Below, in pieces: positions 9,045 to 18,597 of a stretch of 37,387 nt of DNA; positions within the stretch are counted from its first letter, which is position 1, and each line of letters opens with the position of its first letter. The DNA comes from Chrysochromulina tobinii (lineage: Eukaryota). Position numbers and translations under genes: made by a program. The notes under the pieces are model-generated. The model was not told the DNA's origin. It did not search any database and saw nothing but the letters and a program-made list of their open reading frames with translations. The stretch spans positions 1 to 37,387 of the forward strand of contig JWZX01003368.1 in assembly GCA_001275005.1 (NCBI GenBank). The letters are read 5' to 3'.

Positions 9045-12000
9045 ATGAAGGCGGCCGTCACGGAGCGGCCGGGCGCGAAGGCGGCCGTCACGGAGCGGCC
9101 GGGCGCGATGCTCAAAGGAGCTCCGCCACCGCCGCCAGCCAAAGGCGCGCCTTCGGGCAAAGGCGTAGCCGCCGGCGCTGTTGCTCCAACAGCCCCTCCA
9201 CCGAGCAAGATCAGCACCTTCCGGCAAGGCGACCGTTGTGCGGTGAAGAGTGATACAGTCAGCGGCACAGGCGTGATTCAGTTCGTTGGCGAGGTTGCAT
9301 CGTTAGGCCCTGGGATGTGGGTGGGGGTGCTTCACGATGAGCCCGTTGGGACCTCGAACGGTGTCATCGACGGCCGGCGGCTCTTCGCGTGCCCCAACAA
9401 GCACGGCGGATTCTACGCCGTGCACGAGATTCGTGTGGACAAGCACGCCGATGAGAAGGCATCCGGCGGTGTCCCGAAGGCGTCCGGCGGTATCCCGCAG
9501 TCAACTGCGTCACCGTCTGGGGCCGTCGGTGACGAGGCTGGTCCCTCGGTCCCTTGCGCGGCGACGAGTGTCGCTGCGGGCCGTGGCCTGCATACGGCCG
9601 TGGTGGCACAGCTCTCGCAGATTACGATCACGTGCAACGATGCGTATGGGCGACGAACGAGCGGCGGGGATTCCCTGAGCGTCATCGTGCGTGGCGTCAG
9701 TCCACCGACGCAACTGCGCGTCAAGCTGCACGACCACGGCAAGGGAGTCTACGTGGCAGAGTACCGCGCGGAGCTCTCGGGCCAGCTGCTGATCGCGGTG
9801 TGCATCCGAGGCGAGGCCGTGCCAGGAAGTCCCTTCTCGGTGGAGGCGTTGTCGCTGCACGCTGAGGCATCGCAGTGCAAGCTGAGGGGAAACGCCCTCG
9901 TGGCGGCCGTGGCGCGGAAGCCGATGGCGTTTGAGATCGACTTTGTCGATGCGCTCGGCAACCCCGCGGCGGCCGAGGAACTCGACGTGCGGCTCGAGAG
10001 GGCGGAGCCCCTGCCGCCGGAGGCGGCGCCCGTCGGCATTGATGGTGACGAGGGACAGGATGCCGAGGCGCTGGCGGAGGAGAAGGCCGCGTTCGAGGAG
10101 CGCCTCGCTGCGGTCGGCACGCTTTGCGTCCTCCTGAGCAAGGCGTCGGGACTCGACTCGGCGGATCTGAACGGCAAGAGTGACCCGTACGTCGTACTGC
10201 TGTGCGCGGAGCACAAGGCGAAGAGCACGATCAAGCCCAAGACGCTGAGCCCCGTGTGGAACGAAGACTTCTCGTTTGCTGGTACGCTCCAGTCCTTTGT
10301 CACGTCGGGCCTGATGGTCAAGGTGTACGACTGCGACAATCCTCTCAAGCCGGAGAAGGATGATCTCCTCGGCGAGAAGCTCGTGTCCCTCGACAGCTTG
10401 AAGCATCAGAACACGAGCGAGTTAGTCGAGTTCCTGTCCCTCCAGGTAAAGGGGGAAACTAAGCCCGTGCCCAAGGGCAAGGTCATGCTCACGGTGACGT
10501 GGCAGCCGCCGCCCGGTGCGGAGGACGATGACATGAGCGCGAAACTGCTCGTGGGCGACGAGCGGGTGAGAGGATCGCGCCCTCTGATTGCCTCTGATGA
10601 CCGTTTGATGACACCCCTCATCGGCGTGCTGCAGGTGGTGAGGGGATCGCGCCCTCTGATTCTGCGCGAGCGTTGTGAGAAGAACTCGGCGGTGCTGTGC
10701 ATGCTACCCCCAGGCTCCCGGCTGCAGCTTCACGAGCTCAGGGAGATGAGTGACGGTACCCGTGCGCGCGTGCGCGTGGTCAGCTTCTCGGACCCGGTCT
10801 TCGGAGCTTCTTCGAAACTCAAGACCGCACGCCCCGCGGCGACCGCTCGGCTACCCGCACCCGCCCTTCCAGTTGGCGAGTAGCTCATTGGATGGGTCAC
10901 AGCATGGTACGCCAACGGGCGACGCATGCTGGTCAAGAGGCATTTGAAGCTCGACGCGAACGAGCGGCGCCGGCAGCTCGAGCTGTGGAACAAACGGACC
11001 TTTGACGAGAGGGCGCTGATGCAGCTCCAGGGGAAGGAGAAGGCCCAAGGCAAGGAGAAGGAGTTCAACGTGGGCTCGAGCTTCGTGCATGAGCTCGCTG
11101 AAGGCCCTCGTAAGATCGCGTTCGCGTGCGGCGGCGTCTTCCCGGGCACGCTCCACGCGCACGGCGCGCTGATCAAGACGCACCAAGTGTCGTACAGCGT
11201 CGGCGCTGCGGGCAAGTACCTGATGCACGTGGGCCTTCGCCAGCAGTCGGTGGTGCTTCCAGGCTCCCCGTTTGCTCTCGAGGTGAAGCCCGGTCCCGCG
11301 CACACTGAAGACCTCTGATGACCTCTGATGACCTCTGATTGAATCTGATGGCATCTGATTGCCTCCCAGGTGAAGCCCGGTCCCGCGCACGCGCCGTCGA
11401 CCAAGTTTCCCGAGGACGTGCTGCCGCTGCAAACGGTGGTCGGCACCCAAGGAAGGCTTGTCGTCCACTTATCCGACTGCATGGGCAACAAGTGCATCGA
11501 AGGCGGCGCTCATCTCGAGGTCTCGGTCAACACGAACGGCGCGCCCAAGGCCGCTCTCACGTGTAAGTGCGACGACCAGCAGGACGGCACCTTCCTAGTC
11601 ACCTGGTCCAGCGAGGTAAGCCACAAGTTGCATGCTCGAGCTCAAGATCCACAGCATGCATGTGCTCACCACGACGCTCCACCACTTCCCCACAGGTGAG
11701 CCACAAGTACATGCTCGAGCTCAAGATCCACGGGGTGCACATCGTCGGCTCCCCGGCGCCGCTGACCCTGCTTCCTGGAGACCTCGAGGTGAGCCGCTGC
11801 TCGCTGCTCGCGCCTCGCGAGGCTGTCGCGGGCGTCGCGAGCCTGGTCGAGACCAAGTGTTGCGACGCGTATGGGAATGAGGTTGCGCCGGACGTACTCG
11901 CGGGCCATGCGCCACCCTTTGGACTCCTCCTCGTGCCCGCGCTGCTCAAGGGCGTCAGCGGGCCGACCGGCAAAGACGGACGGGACGTCGAGGAGAAGCG

Positions 12001-13599
12001 CGGTCCCAACAAGGGCGACCACGTGGACGAGAAGCGCCGCGCAGCCCTGCTCAAGAAGGAGGAGCGCGCAAACCTCGTCAAGACGCTCGACACGATGAGC
12101 TTCCATGGCTCGTGGGACGGGTCCCGAATGAAGATGAGCTTCGTGCCCAAAGAGGCCGGCGACTTTGAGTTGCATGTTTGGTGCGAGCCCAACACAATTG
12201 GGGTTCGTCAGTTCCTTCCAGGCTGCCCGACGATGATACACGTGAAACCGGGGCGTGCTAGTGCGATTGGTTCGCATGTCCGATCCGATGGCGCGTCCGT
12301 CGCGCTGCTCACCGCCGGCGACAAGCTCGCCCTTAAGGTCCAGTGGCTGATGAGCTTTGATTGCCTCCCTCATCAGGTCTGATGAGCTTTGATTGCCTCC
12401 CTCATCAGGTCCAGATCTGCGACGAGTTCAACAACTTCGTCTCCCTCGCATCGGCGTCTGATATGACCTCGATGCTCGAGACGCCCATCGGGCAGCTCGC
12501 GCTGATCCAGAAGACGAGCGAGAAGCTCGAGGATCACAAGGAGGGCGACAAGAAGAAGCACAGCGTCGCCGCCGGCTCGTCCGCGGTCGGGCTGTACGAG
12601 ATCGTGAGCCCGGGCGAGCTCACTGTTAAGGGTGCGCATAGGGTATCGATCCAGCTCTTCGGCGAATCGATCACGGGCGCGCCCATCAATATTATGGTGG
12701 CGCCCGGGCCGCCAGTCTATCATAAGAGCTACCTCGAGGCCAAGGGTAGCCGACAGGAGATCGATTCTCCCATCGACGTCATCCTCCATCTTCTCGACAA
12801 GTACGGCAATCGGTGCGAGCAGGGCGGCGTACGCGTGGACGCGAAGGCGTACGGCTCCAAGGCGAGCGAGGCCAAGGTGATCGACAATCCGAACTGGCCA
12901 TTGATGGCGCCCTTCATCAGCCTCCCTCATCAGCCTCCTTGATTGTACCTTGATTGCCTCCCTCATCAGGTGGTCGACAATTCGAACGGGACCTTTTCGA
13001 TCTCGTTCAGCGCGGCGGTCCCGGGCGATTACAAGGTCCAATGCCGCCTCGAGAATGCAGACTTGCAAGTGCTGCAGCTACACGTCCTCGAAAAGGGCGA
13101 GAAGGCCGACAAGGCGGATTACGATGAGGAGATAGCGCCAGCCCTCAGAGCCCTCGCCAGCTCCAAGCCTCCAGCCCCTCCAAAGTCCGCAAGGTCAGCC
13201 TCGTCACCGACTTCGTCGGTGGTCACGGCGCCTTCAGCGCTGCCACCGGCCCCCATGATGCCCCCGCGGCCACCTGACGGCATGTCGGGTCCGGAAGCCG
13301 CCCTAGTCAAGCAAGATGCAGACGCAGCCAAGAAGAAGAGCAAAGAGAAGGGCAGCAAGACTGGCCGTGAAGAGAAGAGCGCCCGTGAAGAGAAGGGCGC
13401 TCGTGAAGAGAAGGGCGCTCCGAGCGCCACGAGCGCCGTGACGAGCGCTACCGAGGACGAGAGCACCAAGAAGACGGCCCGGGCCGGTAGCGGCAAGGGC
13501 ATCAAAACTGGGCGCGAAAGTACTGCGAGCAGTCCACCAACACCAAAGAAGGACGCCGCCAAGAAGGGTGGTAGTAAAACCGTGAGGGTGGTTGGATGA
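9045..13599 (+). CDS. Multidomain CAP-Gly + filamin(Ig)-repeat + C2 + SH3-like protein; exons 9045..10565, 10635..(in-frame TAG 10881-10883)..11282, 11370..11615, 11696..12337, 12409..12876, 12970..13599
   Basis: CAP-Gly (GVIQFVG..GMWVGVLHDEPVGTSNGVIDGRRLFACPNKHGGF); filamin repeats (DHGKGVY..GSPFSV, DQQDGTF..HIVGSP, DNSNGTFSISF..PGDYKV); C2 (ADLNGKSDPYV..KTLSPVWNEDF..KVYD). Five phase-0 GT-AG introns join successive ORFs; one unresolved in-frame TAG. Confidence 0.8.
10566..10634 (+). other. Spliceosomal intron, family A variant, 69 nt, in-frame and stop-free (phase 0)
   Basis: CGG|GTGAG...CTGCAG; 10566-10589 matches exon 10638-10661 with 1 mismatch; contains ctgattgcctctgatg and cccctcatcgg. 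Confidence 0.8.
11283..11369 (+). other. Spliceosomal intron, family A, 10-nt repeats plus 23-nt perfect duplication (phase 0)
   Basis: 11281-11303 identical to 11368-11390; insert (ctgatgacct)n...ctgattgcctcccag; in-frame TGA stops removed by splicing. Confidence 0.92.
11616..11695 (+). other. Spliceosomal intron, family B, ~36-nt diverged duplication (phase 0)
   Basis: gtaagccacaagttgcatgctcgagctcaagatccac vs exon gtgagccacaagtacatgctcgagctcaagatccac; ends gcatgcatgtgctcaccacgacgctccaccacttccccacag. Confidence 0.9.
12338..12408 (+). other. Spliceosomal intron, family A, two identical 30-nt units with internal AG|GT (phase 0)
   Basis: ctgatgagctttgattgcctccctcatcag at 12347-12376 and 12379-12408; aggtccag at both junctions; frame restored. 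Confidence 0.9.
12877..12969 (+). other. Spliceosomal intron, family A, ~18-nt diverged duplication (phase 0)
   Basis: gtgatcgacaatccgaac vs exon gtggtcgacaattcgaac; ends ttgattgcctccctcatcag; in-frame stop removed by splicing. Confidence 0.9.
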
Positions 13600-13856
13600 G
13601 ACGTCAGCAACAGTCACCTAGGGGCAACCTGGCAAGACCCGCGCAGCACACGCACATCAGAACGGCATGCCTCCCAGCGCAGTATTGGAAATTGCCGTGC
13701 GAGGTGCGAGCCGGATGCGGATCGCGTATTCCATCTAGTTAATTACCGAACGACCGGGTACCTCTTCAGGTGTCAGGAGGTATAGTACGTGTTCGACAAT
13801 CGCGTATTCGATAACGTACTGAGTCGTGAGTGAAACTGAGTGCAGAGTAGACACTC

Positions 13857-16587
13857 TTAGAGGGTGACGAGGGGTGCCTCGCCTCCTGCCGCGTCGCTGG
13901 ATCGGTGCTTGCGGCGGCGGCGCTTCTCCTTCGGCGCCCCGGCATCCTCAGGCTGCGCGGGCGCTCCGAACGCCTCCCCGTCCGCGTCTCCGAGCAGGTT
14001 GACAAGGAACGGCCCCTTTGCATGGCTGAGCAGGGCTTTGGACGGCGCAGCCAGCGGCGTGGCTGCGGTCGCTCCTGCGCCGCCGGCCATTTCAGGCACG
14101 CGTCGCTCGTCGTCATCGTCATCGTCGCCGGCCCCTTCGGGCATGGCTTCGTCAAGATCAACGGCCGTAACGGCCTCCTCGTCTCCGAATGCATGCGTAC
14201 CGCCTGCCATATGAGCCAAGTCGCCCGCGCCCGCAGCGGCGCCGCCCCTGCTGCTAGCGCCGCTGCCAGTGGTGGTGGCACCTTCGGAGTACATTAGAGA
14301 CGGCTCTGCCGCGCCGGGCAGCGCGGTGCTCGGCGGGCCGGCAGGCTCGTCCGTCGCCAGGTAGTACGGGCCGGCGCGCCCGGGGCGTCGTGCGCCGTCG
14401 GAGGAGGCGGAGGTGGCACTGCCCGGATAGGCGGTCGGCGTGGAGGGCGTGGAGGGCGCGGCGGGCGCGGTTGGCGGCGGCGGCGGCGTGTACAGGGGCG
14501 TGTGTAGGTCAAGGTCCGCTGGCGGCTTCACCTTACGCTGAGCTTTTGGGGCCACCGCCCGGAGCTCCACCGTGAGACCCTGCCGCAAGGCCGCGAGCAG
14601 CCGCAGCGCACTCGGCTCGGGCCAGCTCGGATCGGGCCCACCACCCGCACTCGGATCGGTCCAGCTCGGCTCGCGCCCACCCAACGCGACGGCGCCCAAC
14701 GCGGCGGGCGCGTGCATCAGCTTGGCCGAGCTCCCGAGCTCGGCGCCGTGTCGGGCGTGCGCACCGGCGCCGAGCACGAGCACGAGCACCTCAGCGGCCG
14801 AGGTGGCGCGTTCGCTCACCTCGAGGTGCGGGGAGGCATAGAAGCGGCACAGCGCGCCGTACGTGGAGCGCACGAGCGCTCGCAGCGCCGCGGCCTCGTC
14901 CCCTTGGCACGTCGCGCCGGGTCGATCGAGCGTGGCGAGGGCGCTCTCTACCTTGGGCAGGTGGACCAGAACGCGGGGGGCCGCCTGCACGCATGCCGCC
15001 TGGACAGACGGGGAGAGTGAAGCCACCGCTGGGCACAGGAGCACCTCGAGTGACCGAAGCTGTGAAGACGGTGGCAGCTGTGAAGAGTGCTCGCCCAAGA
15101 CCCAGGCGGCCGCGTACAGCGTGGCATCCGGCTGGAGCAGGCCGGGCAGGGAGGCGCCCGCCATTTGGTCGAGCGCCGTCTCGAGCACCTCGAGTGCCTT
15201 CTCCGCCGCAAAGCCGCGTACGGACTGTACGCGGAGCGTCACCTCGACGAGGAGCTGCGCCACGTCAGCATCGTGCTTCGAGGGGAGCGCCGCGAGCGCA
15301 AAGAGCGTCGTGACGAGCCAGCGGAAGGACGGCACGTGGGAGAAGCTCTCGGCCTTCACAGCCGCCAGGAGAACCTCAATCACCTCGTCGCGATACGAGC
15401 TCTCGCTAGTGTACAGCTGTCCCATCAGCTTCGCGACCAGCCCCGGCAGGCTCGCGCGGCTGACCATCCCCGAGATCAGGCTGAGAGCGCGTTGACGAAC
15501 CGTCGGCTGGTCGTCGAGGCATTTGAGAATCGCGTCGCGGCAAGGCTCGACCAACGCCTTGTCCGCCCTCTGAAGCTCCGCGAGCGCGAGCAGCCCGAGG
15601 GCCTGCAGGTTCGGGTCGCTCGTCTCGATGAAGCCCTGAAGGTGCGTCGCAGTCAGCTGCGCGAGCTGAGGGCTCGAGTCGGCCATCGTCGAGGCGACCG
15701 TGTACAGGCATTCAAACTGGAGCGATTTGGCGGGAGTCGTCTCGATCAAATGGGTGAGGGGCTGGACGAGCTTCTTGGCGAGCCGCGGCTCATGGGGCAC
15801 GAGCTGCCGAAGGAACTTGACCACCTTAATGAGCGTCCAGTTGGAGGACGAGGTGGTGAGCACCTGTGGGGAGACGCGAGGGCGCCGTAGTCAGCACTTG
15901 CATGCAGAGTGGCGTCCGGTGAAAGGACGAGGCAGTGAGCACCTGGTAGAGCGCGGGGGCTAGCCCGAGGTACCCTTTGGGATTCTCGGTCGCGAGCTCG
16001 GTGAGCACGTTGACGGTGCACGAGACGACGTTCGGATCAGGGTCGTCGAGCTTCTCGCGCAGCCGCGGGAACGCGGTCGGCAGCGCCTCGGGCAGACGCC
16101 GCAGCAGCCGGTACAGCGCGATGACCGCCTTTTTGCGCACGAGAGGGCGCGACGAGGAGAGCAGATTGGTCACGTCCTGAAGCAGGTCGCGCGAGAGGTC
16201 GGGCGTCGCCATGACTGAGAGGCTGTTGAGCGCGAGCGACGCGTCGTGGTGCACCGACGACGCGAACGACTTGCGCAGCAGGTTGGTCGTGAGCAGCATG
16301 ACGTCCGTCGCATCCGTGAAGGTCTGCGCGGCGGCGAGGTAGCCGATGCGCTTCCCGCGAAAGCGCGGCGAGGCCATCAGGTCGACGAAGTGAAAGGCGG
16401 CCCACGAGACGTCCTGGCCGAGCATGTGCATGTACATGAGCTTGAGCACTGCATGCTGCTTGACCGTCGTGTCCGTGCTCGAGAGCTCGCCCTTGCACTC
16501 GGTGATGCAGGTGGCAAGGTACGCGGCCTCGTTTTGCGGGTTGGCGCGGATGCCTTTGATCATATCGTTGAGTGTCTTCTCGAACAT
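13857..16587 (-). CDS. AP3D1: AP-3 complex subunit delta (adaptin); exons 16587..15943, 15863..13857
   Basis: MFEKTLNDMIKGIRA...KRIGYLAAAQTF...VRKKAV...LDDPDP..V..ELATENPKGYLGLAP..YQ|VLTTSSSNWTLIKVVK..EPRLAKKL..VAPKAQRKV matches delta-adaptin. Confidence 0.95.
15864..15942 (-). other. Spliceosomal intron, family B, 19-nt duplication with 2 mismatches (phase 0)
   Basis: Minus strand: CAG|gtgctcactgcctcgtcct...gcatgcaagtgctgactacggcgccctcgcgtctccccacag|gtgctcaccacctcgtcct; restores the conserved AP3D frame. Confidence 0.93.
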
Positions 16588-16687
16588 GGCTGCAAAGAGT
16601 TGGAGCAGTGCTCACTGGCGATGGCAATCGTCCGGCGCGGGCGCCTGCGACGGCTTTCCTCCTTCGCACTTGACAAAAGAGGGCAAA

Positions 16688-16711
16688 TCAAGTCAAGTCA
16701 AGTCAAGTCAA
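16688..16711. repeat. (TCAAG)n microsatellite in the divergent intergenic region between AP3D1 and the methyltransferase
   Basis: tcaagtcaagtcaagtcaagtcaa read directly. Confidence 0.9.
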
Positions 16712-16894
16712 AGAACGCTCATCCCTCGCCCGGCACGCATGCACGCAACCGAGTTTCAAACGAGACAGACTTTCGTGGGGCATACATGTACATGTTTAGG
16801 GTCTGCAGGCCGCAATTGCCCCAATTGGAAACCAACACATGGGGATTTTTCTCCGTAGAGGGCCGGCACAACCTCAGGAGTCCCACGTACGCCA

Positions 16895-18291
16895 ATGCTG
16901 TCTGTCGCTGTGGCCTGTTGCCCGGTCCTCGGTTCCAGTGCAACAGTCGCTGTGGCAATGGCCTGTACTGCACCGCGATCGTGCACCTCGTCGATGCTGT
17001 CAAAGCTGGAAGGAACCTCGTGGCACCCTTCTGTGGACGGTGCTGCCGCATTCGTTACCTTCACGGACGAAATGTACGAGGCGATGCTGCACGACGACGC
17101 TCGCACATCGGCCTTCGGACTAGCGATAAGCCGGAGGGTGCGTGCACACGCGGGCGACTGCGTCGTCCTCGACCTGGGAACGGGCCCATTTGCAGTGCTG
17201 GCCCTCTTCGCTGCGCGTGCAGGCGCCTCAAAAGTGTTTGCCGTCGAAGCCAATCCGGAAGCCGCGGCGAAAGCCCGCGCCTTGATCGCGAGCTCTGCAG
17301 CGTCTGACATTCCGCCAGGAACGATTGAGATAATCGAGGGCTTCTCGACGACGATCACGCTGCCGGAGCAGGCCGACCTGCTCATCTCCGAGATTGCGGG
17401 CTCGATTGCATCCGAAGAGGGCATGTTGGCCACGATCCGCGACGCGAGGCTGCGGCACATGAAGCGGCCGTGGGATCCCCGCTCCTATATCCCCGCCCGC
17501 GTCCAAACGCTCGCCGTACCTGCCGCCTACAGCCTTCACCACCGGCTCAATTGCGATTGGATCGCCTCTGGCCCTCCTGTGAGGTTTGCGTGCGACAACC
17601 CGTGGCTGCTCCCGCTCGCGACACCGCAGCTGTGGGAAGACTTTGCCTTCGGAGGCGAGGAGCTGCCGCCTGGATCGGGTGCGCGTTGCACGACGGTGCT
17701 CGAGTTCCGCGTGTGCGCGTCCACCCTCAAGGCCAACGCAGCTCGCTTGCTCGAGCAGCTCGATCTGCACGACGTCGACGCGGACCGAGCCGGTGTGCCC
17801 AAGCAAGGCCGCTCACAAAACCCTGCGCGCTGCGCCATGCCCTGCGCGGCCCGCCCCGAGCAGCTCGCCGATAGCTCGCCGAGCGCCTCTGATTATACTC
17901 CGATGGCCGCTGATTGCGACGGATTGCATGTTTGCTTCCCTCATCAGGTGCCCAAGGCCGCTCACTCGCGCAGCTCGCCGAGGACGTGGCGCACTCTCTG
18001 TCCGGGCTCGCCTGCTGGCCACGCCTCGTGCTCGATGAAGGCGGTGGTGGACCAGTCGACGAGCCCCCCATCCCTCCCATCGTCATCGAATCGCGCGGCA
18101 TGCGCGGAGAACCCTTTCGTAGCCATTGGCAAACGGTGCTCCCGTTGCTGTCGACGAGGCCAACGCCGGTCAAGGCGGGTGCGCTCATCTCAGTGAAGGC
18201 GACTGTTGAACTGAGCATGGACGTTGAGTTGCCGCCCTATTATGAGATCGAGGCTTCCATAGAGTACCCATGTGATGGCGCGCTGCCCTGA
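16895..18291 (+). CDS. PRMT-like SAM-dependent protein methyltransferase; exons 16895..17792, 17948..18291
   Basis: YEAMLHDDARTSAF, VVLDLGTGP, KVFAVEAN, ADLLISEIAG..EEG (double-E loop) and SHWQTV (THW-like loop) after the intron. Start codon uncertain. Confidence 0.85.
17793..17947 (+). other. Spliceosomal intron, family A, with fragmented exon duplication (phase 1)
   Basis: Contains gtgcccaag, caaggccgctcac and gcagctcgccga from the downstream exon; ends ctgattgcgacggattgcatgtttgcttccctcatcag; donor at 17793 restores the frame. Confidence 0.8.
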
Positions 18292-18597
18292 GAGCTTCAA
18301 TTTCAAATGAAAAACTCCTCCGAGAGCTAGCGAAACTTAGAAGTTACTGAAGAAGCGTGTTCACAGGCGAACTTTCGAAGTGCATCCTGGTGCGAAATCG
18401 GACCCGGCCGAGTGCGTCCTGGGCGAGCAAAAGGGCCCTCTACAGACTCTTGGCCCACCCTCCTGCTGAAGCGGATGACGCGCGCCAACATCTGGACGCC
18501 TCGCAAGTCAACGCTCCTCTACTCGTCACCATCATCGCCGCCGCTCGCTGGCTTTCCAATCCGGCATTGCGGGTTCCGGTCGTGGGGCGCTGCGCTC

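Noticed and set aside
9048..9107. 30-nt duplication (KAAVTERPGA x2); also REEKxA x3 near 13366-13420 and a 21-nt duplication near 28230-28270
   Set aside because: Simple in-frame tandem repeats with no inserted motif or splice sites; not part of the intron system.
11304..11369. UGAUGA/CUGA words resemble C/D-box snoRNA motifs
   Set aside because: They arise from the 10-nt monomer; no terminal stem or guide region is identifiable.
12347..12408. CUGAUGAG resembles the hammerhead ribozyme core
   Set aside because: No downstream GAAA or three-way junction stems.
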